Positions 1 to 9,381 of a stretch of 64,000 nt of DNA are shown in pieces. A model generated the notes under the pieces. That model saw only the letters and a list, made by a program, of their open reading frames with translations. It was not told the DNA's origin and made no database searches. The DNA is from Oscillospiraceae bacterium (GTDB lineage Bacteria; Bacteroidota; Bacteroidia; Bacteroidales; WCHB1-69): the NCBI GenBank assembly GCA_963603365.1, contig CAVCMI010000003.1, forward strand, positions 64,402 through 128,401. The letters run 5' to 3'. The position numbers and the translations under genes are program-made. Position 1 is the stretch's first letter, and every line of letters begins with the position of its first letter.

Positions 1-2
1 AA

Positions 3-752
3 TACGGAGAGAAGAACATGCTCGACAGCATCGTCGTGGATTCTGTCCAAACATTTGTCTTTGCCTATAACAAAGACAAGACCGTTTCCCACATCACAAA
101 CGTGCAGGAAGACTATACTGAAATGATTGACATCACTTACGAGGACCGTTTGGTGAAGAAGCTTTTGTATAAGGTGAACGACACCGTGCGGCAAGAGGTG
201 AACTTTACGCGAGACGAGGAGACGAAACGCATCACCCACATCGAAGAGATTTACGACAGGCTGTTCTATGAGTCGTTCCAATATGCCAAGAACCTCAAAC
301 TTTACAACACTTTGATGGGTGATTTCGAGAGCGTGAAGTCCCGGATACTGCGCTCCCCGGTCAAGGACATGGAGGTGCGTTGCACGAAAGAGGTGAAATA
401 CGCCCCCGGCAAAAAAGAGAAATATGAGGACATTGAGTCGATAACGGAAACTTATTCGTATCTTAATGAGGTGATTGTCAGAACGTTTACTTACGATGAG
501 GAGAATGTCACCTATAATCCTTTCTACGGGCTTCCGTACGCATACACGGGCTATTCAGGATATCATGTGCATAACTATGTTACGCAGACCGTGCAGGTGC
601 TGCTTTACGGTACAGAGAACAAAAAAACGGTCTATAAGTACGACTACCAAGGTGTCGATTACCTGAACAAAAAGAAATATCCGCGCCAGTTCACCACAAC
701 TTCCAGCGAGAACAACATTCCGAGAAACACCTATATTTTATACGTCAAATAA
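3..752 (+). CDS. hypothetical protein, probably 5'-truncated by the window edge
   Basis: The frame is open from base 3 through the first ATG at 18, so the N-terminus may lie upstream of the window. No family recognised. Recurrent F/Y-x-Y-D/N-x-x-x segments resemble YD-type beta-hairpin periodicity. It sits 12 nt upstream of psd. Confidence 0.4.
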   Translation, partial: YGEKNMLDSIVVDSVQTFVFAYNKDKTVSHITNVQEDYTEMIDITYEDRLVKKLLYKVNDTVRQEVNFTRDEETKRITHIEEIYDRLFYESFQYAKNLKLYNTLMGDFESVKSRILRSPVKDMEVRCTKEVKYAPGKKEKYEDIESITETYSYLNEVIVRTFTYDEENVTYNPFYGLPYAYTGYSGYHVHNYVTQTVQVLLYGTENKKTVYKYDYQGVDYLNKKKYPRQFTTTSSENNIPRNTYILYVK

Positions 753-763
753 CAGTTTAGAGG

Positions 764-1420
764 ATGAAGTTTCATGAGGCGGGGAAGGTAAGCATTTCGG
801 TTGCCGTTTTGGTGATCTTGTTGCTGACAGTTTTTTATGTCTTTTTCATAACGAATTTATGGTGGGTTAATCTGGTTTTTTATGGGGTTACGGTCATCGT
901 GGCGGCTGTTGTGATCCGCTTTTTCAGGGTGCCGTTCCGCATCATCAACAAGGTCTCTGACGGCGTTCTCTCGCCCGCTGACGGCCGCATTGTGGCTGTA
1001 GGTCCCGCTTTCGAGTACGAGTATTTCAAGGATGAACGTATCAAGATTTCCATCTTCATGTCTATCAATAACGTGCATGTGAACAGTTACCCGATGGACG
1101 GCAAGATAGAATACATTGCCTATCATCCGGGCAAGTATTTCATAGCAAAATTGCCGAAGTCGTCGGTTGACAATGAGCACAACACGATAGTGGTGGCGCG
1201 CAATGAACACGAGAAGGTGCTTTTCCGCCAGATTGCCGGTTTCATAGCCCGGCGCATCATCAGTTATCCTGAAGTGGGCGACGTGGTGGAGCAGGGCGAG
1301 GAAGTGGGCATGATCAAGTTCGGGTCAAGGGTTGATGTCTTTCTGCCGCTTGATGCGCAAGTCGCCGTCAGCAAAGGCGACAAGGTGGTGTCCAAAAAGA
1401 CGGTGCTTGCCTATTTCTGA
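764..1420 (+). CDS. psd: phosphatidylserine decarboxylase proenzyme (short Bacteroidota type)
   Basis: 218 aa. N-terminal TM helices, then a Psd core with the self-cleavage motif context (..MIKFGSRVDVFLP..). Size and architecture are typical of this family. Confidence 0.85.
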   Translation: MKFHEAGKVSISVAVLVILLLTVFYVFFITNLWWVNLVFYGVTVIVAAVVIRFFRVPFRIINKVSDGVLSPADGRIVAVGPAFEYEYFKDERIKISIFMSINNVHVNSYPMDGKIEYIAYHPGKYFIAKLPKSSVDNEHNTIVVARNEHEKVLFRQIAGFIARRIISYPEVGDVVEQGEEVGMIKFGSRVDVFLPLDAQVAVSKGDKVVSKKTVLAYF

Positions 1421-1428
1421 AAAAGAAT

Positions 1429-3417
1429 ATGAAATTAAGCGTTGTCATAGTCAACTACAATGTGGCCTTTTTCCTGGAACAGGCGCTGGTCTCCGTGTTC
1501 AAGGCGCTGAAGAATGTGGAGGGCGAAGTGTTTGTCGTGGACAACAATTCGGCAGACGCTTCTTTAGAGATGTTAGACAAGAAGTTCCCGCAGGTGAAAG
1601 TGATAGCGAACCGCGAGAATGTGGGCTTTGCAAAGGCCAACAATCAGGCCATACGGCTCTCGAGCGGCGAATACGTGCTGCTGCTTAACCCTGACACGGT
1701 AGTGGAAGAGGATACTTTCGAGAAGTGTATCCGCTTCATGGACAGCACGCCCGATGCCGGAGGACTTGGCGTGAAGATGGTGAACGGCAAAGGCGAGTTT
1801 CTGCCCGAGTCAAAGCGCGGCATCCCGTTTCCCGCCGTGGCGTTCTATAAGTTGTTCGGACTCTCAAAGCTTTTCCCGAAATCGCGGCGCTTCGGTACCT
1901 ACCACCTCTCTTTCCTCGACAACGACAAAATCCATTCTGTCGAGGTGCTTGCCGGCGCGTTTATGATGCTCCGCCGTAGCACACTCGACAAGGTAGGTCT
2001 GCTCGATGAGGATTATTTCATGTACGGCGAGGATATAGACCTTTCATACCGCATACTGCAAGGTGGCTACAAGAACTATTATTTCCCCGAAACGCGCATT
2101 ATCCACTATAAAGGAGAGAGTACCAAGACGGGCAGTCTCAACTACGTGCACGTCTTTTACAAAGCCATGCAGATTTTTGCCCGGAAGCATTTCTCGAGCA
2201 AGAATGCCCGGATGTTCAATGCCTTGATTGACGCGGCCATCTGGTTCCGTGCCTTTTTGGCAGCCATGCAGCGCATCCTCAGTCGCATGCTGCTGCCGTT
2301 CATTGACTTCCTGTGCATCTATGCCGGTCTTTTCGCCCTCTCGCGCTATTGGGATGTCAACGTGTTGGCACAGCGCAACAGTGCCTTCCCGCACTATTAT
2401 TATTATATGGTCATCCCGTTATACGCTGCCGTATGGCTGTTGTCGGTGGCATTGTGCCGAGGCTATGCCAAGCCTATGCGGCTCACCGCTGTCAACCGGG
2501 GCGTATTTATCGGCACGGTGGCGATTTTGCTTGTGTACGCGCTTCTGCCAGAGACACTTCGCTTTTCGCGCGCCGTGGTGCTGCTCGGCACTATGTGGAC
2601 TGTCATTGCCGTGAATGTCATACGCTATTTGGCTGGCAAAACCAAGTTCTTCGGCTTGGCTGCCGATTCGCGCTACGGCCGCCGCATTGCTGTCGTGGGC
2701 AGCGGCGACGAGGCTGATAGAGTCTTGAACCTGATGCAGATGATGGAGCCGAAATGCGCTTTTGCCGGCATCATCACACTGGAACCACATCAAGACAGCG
2801 GCTCGGCCGTGATCGGAAATGTGTCGCACTTGCAAGACCTTATATCGTTGTACCATCTTAACGAAATCGTGTTCTGCTCGCGCAACATGCCCGCCGACCA
2901 GATCATCGACTGGATGATCCGCCTGCAGTCGTGTCAGGTGGAATACCGCATCGCGCCCGAAAACAGTTTTGTCGTCATCGGCAGCAATGCCATATTCTCG
3001 TCAGAGGATGCTTATGCCATACCCGTTCACGCGCTTGTGGAGAAGAAGAACAGATGCAAGAAACGCGCCTTCGACATTGCAGCGGCCTCAGTCCTCGCGG
3101 TGTGCAGTCCGGTGGCGGTGTGGTTCGTGAAGAACAAACGTGGTTTGATGCAGAATGTCGGCGCAGTGCTCTTTGGCCGTGCCAGCTGGGTGGGCTGCCG
3201 CTATCAGACTAACGAGGCGCTGTCGGCCTACCTCAAGCCCGGCGTGCTGCACCCCGAAGACTCATTCCGCAACCGCAGACTGTCCGAAGAGATGTCGCGG
3301 CTTGCCGAAAGTCTCTACGTCAGGGATTACAGCGTGCGCGCCGACTTCAGAACACTTTGCAGCGGCTTTACCGACCTTGGCCGTTGCCCGTATGAAGATA
3401 AAAGAAAAAAACTCTAA
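1429..3417 (+). CDS. family-2 glycosyltransferase fused to a polytopic membrane region and a degenerate polyprenyl-phosphate sugar-transferase-like C-terminus
   Basis: The N-terminal ~230 aa are a GT2 fold (VVIVNYN.., VVDNNSADAS, NVGFAKANN, LLLNPDT, YGEDIDLS). The central part has multiple hydrophobic helices. The C-terminus has a Rossmann-like 'RIAVVGSGDEA' segment, then 'KKRAFDIAAASVLAV' and 'VLFGRASWVGC' pieces. Confidence 0.75.
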   Translation: MKLSVVIVNYNVAFFLEQALVSVFKALKNVEGEVFVVDNNSADASLEMLDKKFPQVKVIANRENVGFAKANNQAIRLSSGEYVLLLNPDTVVEEDTFEKCIRFMDSTPDAGGLGVKMVNGKGEFLPESKRGIPFPAVAFYKLFGLSKLFPKSRRFGTYHLSFLDNDKIHSVEVLAGAFMMLRRSTLDKVGLLDEDYFMYGEDIDLSYRILQGGYKNYYFPETRIIHYKGESTKTGSLNYVHVFYKAMQIFARKHFSSKNARMFNALIDAAIWFRAFLAAMQRILSRMLLPFIDFLCIYAGLFALSRYWDVNVLAQRNSAFPHYYYYMVIPLYAAVWLLSVALCRGYAKPMRLTAVNRGVFIGTVAILLVYALLPETLRFSRAVVLLGTMWTVIAVNVIRYLAGKTKFFGLAADSRYGRRIAVVGSGDEADRVLNLMQMMEPKCAFAGIITLEPHQDSGSAVIGNVSHLQDLISLYHLNEIVFCSRNMPADQIIDWMIRLQSCQVEYRIAPENSFVVIGSNAIFSSEDAYAIPVHALVEKKNRCKKRAFDIAAASVLAVCSPVAVWFVKNKRGLMQNVGAVLFGRASWVGCRYQTNEALSAYLKPGVLHPEDSFRNRRLSEEMSRLAESLYVRDYSVRADFRTLCSGFTDLGRCPYEDKRKKL

Positions 3418-3443
3418 CATAACCATATCAATTACTGAACAAC

Positions 3444-5075
3444 ATGAATTTTATTGAGCAAATCATTGAAGAAGACATCCGCAACGGGAAGAACGACAAG
3501 AAAGTGCATACCCGATTCCCGCCGGAGCCGAACGGATATCTTCACATAGGACATGCAAAATCAATCTGCCTGAATTTCGGAATGGCCAAGAAGTACAACG
3601 GGCTTTGCAATCTCCGCTTCGATGATACCAATCCCGTGAAAGAAGATACGGAATATGTGGATTCCATCCGCGAAGACATCCGCTGGCTCGGATTCGAATG
3701 GGCGGAGGAACATTACGCGTCCGACTATTTCGACCAGCTTTATGAATGGGCAGAGCAGCTAATCCGCGAAGGGCTTGCTTACGTGGACGACCAGACACAG
3801 GAGGAAATCAGCAAAGGCAGGGGAGTGCCTACGTCTCCCGGACAGGAGAGCCCGTACCGCAACAGAACCCCCGAGGAGAATATGGACTTGTTTCGCCGTA
3901 TGCGTTCCGGCGAGTTCCCTGACGGCAGCCGGGTCTTGCGTGCCAAAATCGACATGACGTCGCCTAATATGCACTTCCGCGACCCGATCATGTACCGCAT
4001 CCTCCACTCCTCTCACCACCGGACGGGCGACAAATGGTGCATTTACCCGATGTATGATTTCGCGCATGGCCAGAGCGACTCGATCGAGGGCATCACCCAT
4101 TCAATCTGCACGCTCGAATTTGAGGTGCATCGTCCGCTTTACGACTGGTTTTGCACAGCACTCCGCATTCATCATCCACAACAGATTGAATTTGCCCGAC
4201 TTAATATGACCTACACCATCATGAGCAAACGCAAACTGCTGCAACTGGTGAAAGATCATTATGTGAAAGGTTGGGACGACCCCCGCATGCCTACTATCTG
4301 CGGACTTCGACGCCGTGGCTACACCGCAGCCTCTGTCCGTAATTTTGCTGAAACGGTGGGCGTCGCCAAACGCGACAATATTATCGATGTTTCCCTGCTC
4401 GACTTTTGTGCGCGCGAAGACCTTAACAAGACCGCCACACGCACAATGGCTGTGACAGATCCCGTTAAACTTGTCATTGACAATTACCCCGAGGGACAAA
4501 CCGAGGAGATGGATGCTGTGAACAATCCAGAAAACCCGGAAGCCGGCATCCGGAAAGTTCCTTTTACACGCGAATTGTGGATCGAAAGAGCCGATTTCCG
4601 CGAAAATGCCGACAAGAAGTTCTACAGGCTTTCCATAGGCCGTGAAGTGCGGCTTAAATATGCATACATCATCAAATGCGAGTCTGTCGTGAAAGACCCT
4701 GACGGCAACATCACGGAGATACACTGCACATACGACCCGATGACCAAAAGCGGCATGCCAGACAGCAACCGCAAGGTGAAAGCTACCATCCATTGGGCTT
4801 CTGTGCCTTATTCCAAGAAAGCCGAAATACGGCTGTTTGACCGCCTCTTCTCTGTTCCGGACCCCGACAACTGTGCCGAGGGGCAGACTTTCCTCGACCA
4901 CCTTAACCCCAATTCCCTTGTCTCCAAAGAGGGTTGGGTGGAGCAATCCCTGACTTGCAGCAAAGCGCTCGAGACCAAGTATTACCAATTTGAGCGCATC
5001 GGCTATTTCTATGCTGACCCAGATTCGACAGACGAGAAACTGGTGTTCAACAGAACGGTGACCCTAAAGCAGTAA
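3444..5075 (+). CDS. glnS: glutamine--tRNA ligase
   Basis: N-terminus [37 protein letters not shown] is near-identical to the canonical GlnRS HIGH region. KMSKS-type 'IMSKRKL' is present. 543 aa. Confidence 0.95.
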   Translation: MNFIEQIIEEDIRNGKNDKKVHTRFPPEPNGYLHIGHAKSICLNFGMAKKYNGLCNLRFDDTNPVKEDTEYVDSIREDIRWLGFEWAEEHYASDYFDQLYEWAEQLIREGLAYVDDQTQEEISKGRGVPTSPGQESPYRNRTPEENMDLFRRMRSGEFPDGSRVLRAKIDMTSPNMHFRDPIMYRILHSSHHRTGDKWCIYPMYDFAHGQSDSIEGITHSICTLEFEVHRPLYDWFCTALRIHHPQQIEFARLNMTYTIMSKRKLLQLVKDHYVKGWDDPRMPTICGLRRRGYTAASVRNFAETVGVAKRDNIIDVSLLDFCAREDLNKTATRTMAVTDPVKLVIDNYPEGQTEEMDAVNNPENPEAGIRKVPFTRELWIERADFRENADKKFYRLSIGREVRLKYAYIIKCESVVKDPDGNITEIHCTYDPMTKSGMPDSNRKVKATIHWASVPYSKKAEIRLFDRLFSVPDPDNCAEGQTFLDHLNPNSLVSKEGWVEQSLTCSKALETKYYQFERIGYFYADPDSTDEKLVFNRTVTLKQ

Positions 5076-5078
5076 TAA

Positions 5079-5504
5079 ATGGCTATGCACTGCCTGACAG
5101 ACTACGATACAAAAGTGCTGATAGCCTTCAACTTGAGCCTGCAGGGCGAAAAGCAGTTCAGCGAGTTCCTGCTTCATAACGGATTTCCGGAACTTGAAGC
5201 GCTTGCCGAAGCCATACACTCTAACATACAGGCACTTGAGTGGCTTGCAGCCAATGGATACCCGGAGTTTGCCGTGCTCAGCAATGCCATCGACGATGAG
5301 CCGGAGGCTATCGCTTGGCTCCAAAAGTACCATTGCGATTTCCTGACCCGTTTTGCAGCCGCCTGCCGCAAGGATGTGGAGGCTATGAGATGGTTTGCGG
5401 AACGCGACCTTAAACTCTTCGTAATCATCATCAGCAATATACAGCGTATCTTGATGTACCAGTCGTGGGATTCGTCCGATATTCACAAGTTCCGCCGCAG
5501 CTGA
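5079..5504 (+). CDS. hypothetical protein with ~27-aa tandem helical repeats
   Basis: Starts 4 nt after the glnS stop. Three to four repeats of W(L/F)..NG(F/Y)PE(L/F)..L..AI....EA..W(L/F). No family recognised. Confidence 0.5.
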   Translation: MAMHCLTDYDTKVLIAFNLSLQGEKQFSEFLLHNGFPELEALAEAIHSNIQALEWLAANGYPEFAVLSNAIDDEPEAIAWLQKYHCDFLTRFAAACRKDVEAMRWFAERDLKLFVIIISNIQRILMYQSWDSSDIHKFRRS

Positions 5505-5525
5505 CAGTAACAGTGTTGCTCTGCT

Positions 5526-6182
5526 ATGCCGGACAATAAATGGCTCATCCTTGTCTATGTGGCTGCTGCTGTAGTCCTGCCCAGGATTCCTGTGGTGGGC
5601 AAGTTCTTCAATGTCATCAATACGGGCATCCACGAATTCGGGCACGCACTGATGGCGTTGCTGTTAGACGGGCAGGTTGACAAGATAGAACTGTTCCGCG
5701 ACACTTCGGGCACTACAACTACAAAGACGAGTGGAAGGCTCTCTTCAGCCCTTGTCTCTTTGTCAGGCTATCCGTTTGCGGCAACTGTTGCATATTGCTC
5801 GCTTTACCTCATATCAAACGGCGCACCGGGCGCATTGCTTGCCGCATTGACGGTGCTTTTTGCCGTGATGCTCCTGTTCTGGATACGCAACGCTTACGGA
5901 TTGCTTTGGGTGCTTCTGTTCTGCGGCTTAAACGTATTCCTGCTCTTCCGAGGCAGTCAGAGATTGACCGATATGGCGGCTTTTTTCTATGCTGTTATGA
6001 TGATGGCAGAGTCGGTGCTTTCAACGGTCACGTTGGCTGTCTTGTCGTTCCGGGACAGCGGCAAGGCGGGCGATGCCACCAATCTTGCCAGGTTGAGCCA
6101 CGTGCCCGCTCCTGTGTGGGGTCTGCTGTTCCTTGCCTATACGTTTTGGATGGCGCACAGGTTTGTGCTGCTTTGCCTATAG
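5526..6182 (+). CDS. M50B-like membrane metallopeptidase family protein
   Basis: HEFGH zinc motif (GIHEFGHALMALLLDG) near the N-terminus, followed by several TM helices. 218 aa. Confidence 0.65.
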   Translation: MPDNKWLILVYVAAAVVLPRIPVVGKFFNVINTGIHEFGHALMALLLDGQVDKIELFRDTSGTTTTKTSGRLSSALVSLSGYPFAATVAYCSLYLISNGAPGALLAALTVLFAVMLLFWIRNAYGLLWVLLFCGLNVFLLFRGSQRLTDMAAFFYAVMMMAESVLSTVTLAVLSFRDSGKAGDATNLARLSHVPAPVWGLLFLAYTFWMAHRFVLLCL

Positions 6183-6202
6183 GCTCAATGAATGGTCAAG
6201 AT

Positions 6203-7432
6203 TCACAGGTATAGGCCGGCATCGCGAACAAGGCATGCGTCCAAAGCGTCTGTTATGGCTTGCTTGTCCAACTTCTGGCCGATAAATACGATTTTTTGCA
6301 TTCTGTCGCCATACGTCGTGTCCCAGTCGCGCCGCAGCCCCGGTTCGCGTTCTAACATCTGCGAAAGCTCGTCGGCGGGCATAGTGGCATACCAAAGTCC
6401 CACGTCACGCAGCTGCAGCTGTTTGCCCGCCTGTTCAAAGAGGTAGCAGACATCATATTCGTCCTTGAAATAGCATATTCCTTTGGCGCGGATAACGTTG
6501 GGCGGCAGCATTGAGACAAAGCGGTCGAATTTCTGAAGGTTGAAAGGCTCGCGCCGGTAATACACAAAGGTGCCGATGCCATATTCCTCGGCCTCTCCCT
6601 CGTCGTGGTCGTGACTGTGGTTATGGTGATGATGCTCGTGCCCTTTGATGTCATGTTCATCCTCATCCTCATCCTCATGTTCATCCTCATCCTCATCTTC
6701 GTGGTAATGTTCCACACCTTGTATCCAGGCTGCGGAGGTGGCCACCTTTTCGTAATCGAAAAGGTTTGTGTCAAGGATTTTGTCGAGTTCCACTTCGCCA
6801 TAGTCACATTCTATGATCTCGGCTTTTGTCTGGATAGCGCGTATGATTTCTTTCAGGCGGTTGCGTTCGCTTGCACTAACGGCAGAAGCCTTGTTGAGCA
6901 GAACGATGTCGCAGAATTCGAGTTGCTGTATGACCAAGTTCTCGATGTCGTCTTCTTTGATGTCAGTGCGGAGCAGGCGGCTTCCTGTCCCGAACTCGCT
7001 CTGCATACGGAGTGCGTCCACAATGGTGACGATGCAGTCGAGCCGCACGGCGCCGGATTGGGCAAACGTTTTGTCAACAGCAGGTATAGAACAGATGGTT
7101 TGTGCTATAGGTTCAGGTTCGCAGATGCCGCTGGCCTCAATCACGATGTAGTCGAAACGCTGCAGTTTCACGATGTCGCGCAACTGTTCGATGAGGTCCA
7201 TCTTCAGCGTGCAGCAGATGCAGCCGTTCTGCAGCGCCACGAGGCTGTCGTCCTTCTTCCCCACGATGCCGCCTTTCTGGATGAGGTCGGCGTCGATGTT
7301 CACTTCACCGAGGTCGTTGACGATGACAGCGAAACGTATCCCTCTGTTGTTGGAGAGTATGCGGTTCACTAATGTTGTTTTCCCACTGCCTAAATAACCG
7401 GTCAGCAGCAATACGGGTGTTTCCTGTTTCAT
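6203..7432 (-). CDS. COG0523-family (CobW/YjiA/ZigA-like) metallochaperone GTPase with His/Asp/Glu-rich insert
   Basis: P-loop GYLGSGKTT, CxCC motif (NGCICCTL), and CobW C-terminal domain. A central tract reads HYHEDEDEDEHEDEDEDEHDIKGHEHHHHNHSHDHDEGE. Confidence 0.85.
   Translation of the reverse strand: MKQETPVLLLTGYLGSGKTTLVNRILSNNRGIRFAVIVNDLGEVNIDADLIQKGGIVGKKDDSLVALQNGCICCTLKMDLIEQLRDIVKLQRFDYIVIEASGICEPEPIAQTICSIPAVDKTFAQSGAVRLDCIVTIVDALRMQSEFGTGSRLLRTDIKEDDIENLVIQQLEFCDIVLLNKASAVSASERNRLKEIIRAIQTKAEIIECDYGEVELDKILDTNLFDYEKVATSAAWIQGVEHYHEDEDEDEHEDEDEDEHDIKGHEHHHHNHSHDHDEGEAEEYGIGTFVYYRREPFNLQKFDRFVSMLPPNVIRAKGICYFKDEYDVCYLFEQAGKQLQLRDVGLWYATMPADELSQMLEREPGLRRDWDTTYGDRMQKIVFIGQKLDKQAITDALDACLVRDAGLYL
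6653..6700 (-). repeat. 24-nt tandem duplication (x2, one mismatch) inside the COG0523 gene, encoding EDEDEDEH twice
   Basis: The plus strand reads atgttcatcctcatcctcatcctc / atgttcatcctcatcctcatcttc. It is flanked by the His-run coding segment at 6600-6650. Confidence 0.9.
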
Positions 7433-7453
7433 AGCCTTTTTTCTATAGAGCGT

Positions 7454-8884
7454 TTAGCGGTTCTGAGTTTTTCCGAAGTTGATGTAAATGTTGAGCGGCA
7501 CAAAACTGTCGGCTGTTGTGTGGCAGCTTATGCAGATTATCCTGAGGTCTTTCCCCCATTGTGTGAGTTTGCCTTTGCCCGAGAGGCTGTTGTCCAGAGG
7601 TCTTCTGTCGGCGTTGTTGAAAAAAGCATATTCCAGCACATTGGAGGATGCTATGTTGCCTTTCGAGAACTTGTAATAGCGGTTGTCGGCCAGTTCACCT
7701 TTTGAGGCCAGTTCTTTGTTGTAAAAGGCGATGTCTTCAGGAGTGACGGCAAAGAGGTATTGGTCGCCGGAAACGGTGAAGACTGCGTATGTCAATGTGT
7801 CGGCGGCCGGCTTTTCGGGCAGTATGATCCGGTCTGTTGCCGGATAGATGTTGTCCGGATACTTGTTGCGCAGGGTGTCGAGCAGATGGCTTTCCTCAAA
7901 CGGGTCGAATTTTCCGGTCAAGGTGTCGTGACTGGCCAGCAGATAGTGTCTTTGCAGGGAGTCGTCCCGTATGGTGAAGCTGCAGACGCCGTAGCTGCCG
8001 CGGTCTATCAAGCAGTAGTTGTCAGCGGTAAAAGGGATCCTGTCATCGGGCACGTCGCCGTGCGGCGTCTGGTTTTTCATCCCCTTGAAAGTTGCATCGT
8101 CAGAGGCGATGTAACCTGAAAGGAAAATTTCGTTTGGGGTTATGCGGAGCTGGAAGGCAGACCAGAGCGCCTGTTGCGGAATGCTTTTGAAGAGAGCGCC
8201 CCCGTCAATGTTGAAGAAACCTTTCAGAAAGTCGGCGTACTGCTGGTTCTTGATGAAAAGCCAGTTCTGTTTGCGGTTCTTTTCCGAAATGCTGTACAAA
8301 TCCTTGAATCTTCGTTCGGAGAGCAGGTTTTTTGGGTGACGCTGTTGCACGATGGATTTCTTGAGCAGTTCAAGGTTGTCTGAAATAGAAAGGATGTGGT
8401 GGCAATAGACGATTTTCAGGCTTTTGTAGTCAGTGCCGAACGTGTAGATTCTCTGTTGTTCGAATGAGGAGTAGTTAGACGGGTCAAGGCGGAGTTCTTT
8501 GAGAAGCCTTTTGAAGGAAGCCTCGTCAAGACGGGTGTTGAACAGCAGGGAAAAACCGCTGCCGTAGTTGTGTCCCGAAATGGAAAGGTCGTACGCTTTC
8601 TCGGGCAGGGAGTTGTAAACCGTTTCGTAAGCAGGAAGTGCGTCCATGGCAAACAGTTCGTTGAAATAGGGACGCAGCGATGCGATGTCACGGGCAAAGG
8701 CCTGATGGTCGTTGATGTCAAACAGGAACACGGCGTCGGCAGGCACGGCATCGATAAGTTCCGACTTTGACTGCTTGAAAAAATGGTGGTAGAAGAAAAT
8801 GCCTACTCCGACAAGCAGCGCGGCAACCATGCTGACCCAGAAGATCCAGTATCGTTGTCTGTCGGTGTTGTAATCCTCTTGCAT
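7454..8884 (-). CDS. hypothetical membrane-anchored protein
   Basis: 476 aa. Single N-terminal TM helix (YWIFWVSMVAALLVGVGIFFY). 21 nt upstream of the COG0523 gene on the same strand. No family confidently recognised. Confidence 0.55.
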   Translation of the reverse strand: MQEDYNTDRQRYWIFWVSMVAALLVGVGIFFYHHFFKQSKSELIDAVPADAVFLFDINDHQAFARDIASLRPYFNELFAMDALPAYETVYNSLPEKAYDLSISGHNYGSGFSLLFNTRLDEASFKRLLKELRLDPSNYSSFEQQRIYTFGTDYKSLKIVYCHHILSISDNLELLKKSIVQQRHPKNLLSERRFKDLYSISEKNRKQNWLFIKNQQYADFLKGFFNIDGGALFKSIPQQALWSAFQLRITPNEIFLSGYIASDDATFKGMKNQTPHGDVPDDRIPFTADNYCLIDRGSYGVCSFTIRDDSLQRHYLLASHDTLTGKFDPFEESHLLDTLRNKYPDNIYPATDRIILPEKPAADTLTYAVFTVSGDQYLFAVTPEDIAFYNKELASKGELADNRYYKFSKGNIASSNVLEYAFFNNADRRPLDNSLSGKGKLTQWGKDLRIICISCHTTADSFVPLNIYINFGKTQNR

Positions 8885-8912
8885 AACGTAACGGTTGAGT
8901 TTTGTGATGAAG

Positions 8913-8942
8913 GCGGCACGGCTTACGTTTAAGCCGTGCCGC
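8913..8942 (-). terminator. 13-bp GC-rich hairpin downstream of the DUF5606-like gene
   Basis: gcggcacggctta-cgtt-taagccgtgccgc. No clear U-tract on the minus strand, so function as a terminator is uncertain. Confidence 0.45.
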
Positions 8943-8955
8943 TTGGAATGTCGTT

Positions 8956-9378
8956 TTATTCGGTTTTCTCTGCTTCCTCCTTTTCAGGAGTGTCGTCGTC
9001 TATGTCGATGAGGTTGTACGCGACAAGGATGTTGTACCAGGCGAATACTTTTTTTATGTTGGAAACATAGACGCGGTCGCGGTCATAGTCGGGCAGCACT
9101 TCGGCGAACAAGGATTTCAATGCATTGTTGTCCTTCGGGATTTCAAGGGCAAGTCCGTTCTTGATCTTGAAAATGGAAAGGAAGACATCCTGAAGCGGAC
9201 ACTCTCCCTTGTCGGTGAAAATGGCTATGTTGTCAAGGGTGGCAACCCCGTCGTGAGAAAATGCGGGGAAGCGGTGACCGTCTTCCAAGGATTCGACGAT
9301 GAAACTGTTTGGCGTCCTGGATATGAGTCTGAAAAGTCCGCCTTTCCCTGTGATTGATAAAATGTTGCTTAAATCCAT
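8956..9378 (-). CDS. DUF5606-like protein
   Basis: N-terminus MDLSNILSITGKGGLFRLISRTPNSFIVESLEDGHRFPAF matches my memory of the Bacteroidota DUF5606 family pattern. Acidic C-terminal tail. Confidence 0.6.
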   Translation of the reverse strand: MDLSNILSITGKGGLFRLISRTPNSFIVESLEDGHRFPAFSHDGVATLDNIAIFTDKGECPLQDVFLSIFKIKNGLALEIPKDNNALKSLFAEVLPDYDRDRVYVSNIKKVFAWYNILVAYNLIDIDDDTPEKEEAEKTE

Positions 9379-9381
9379 GAG

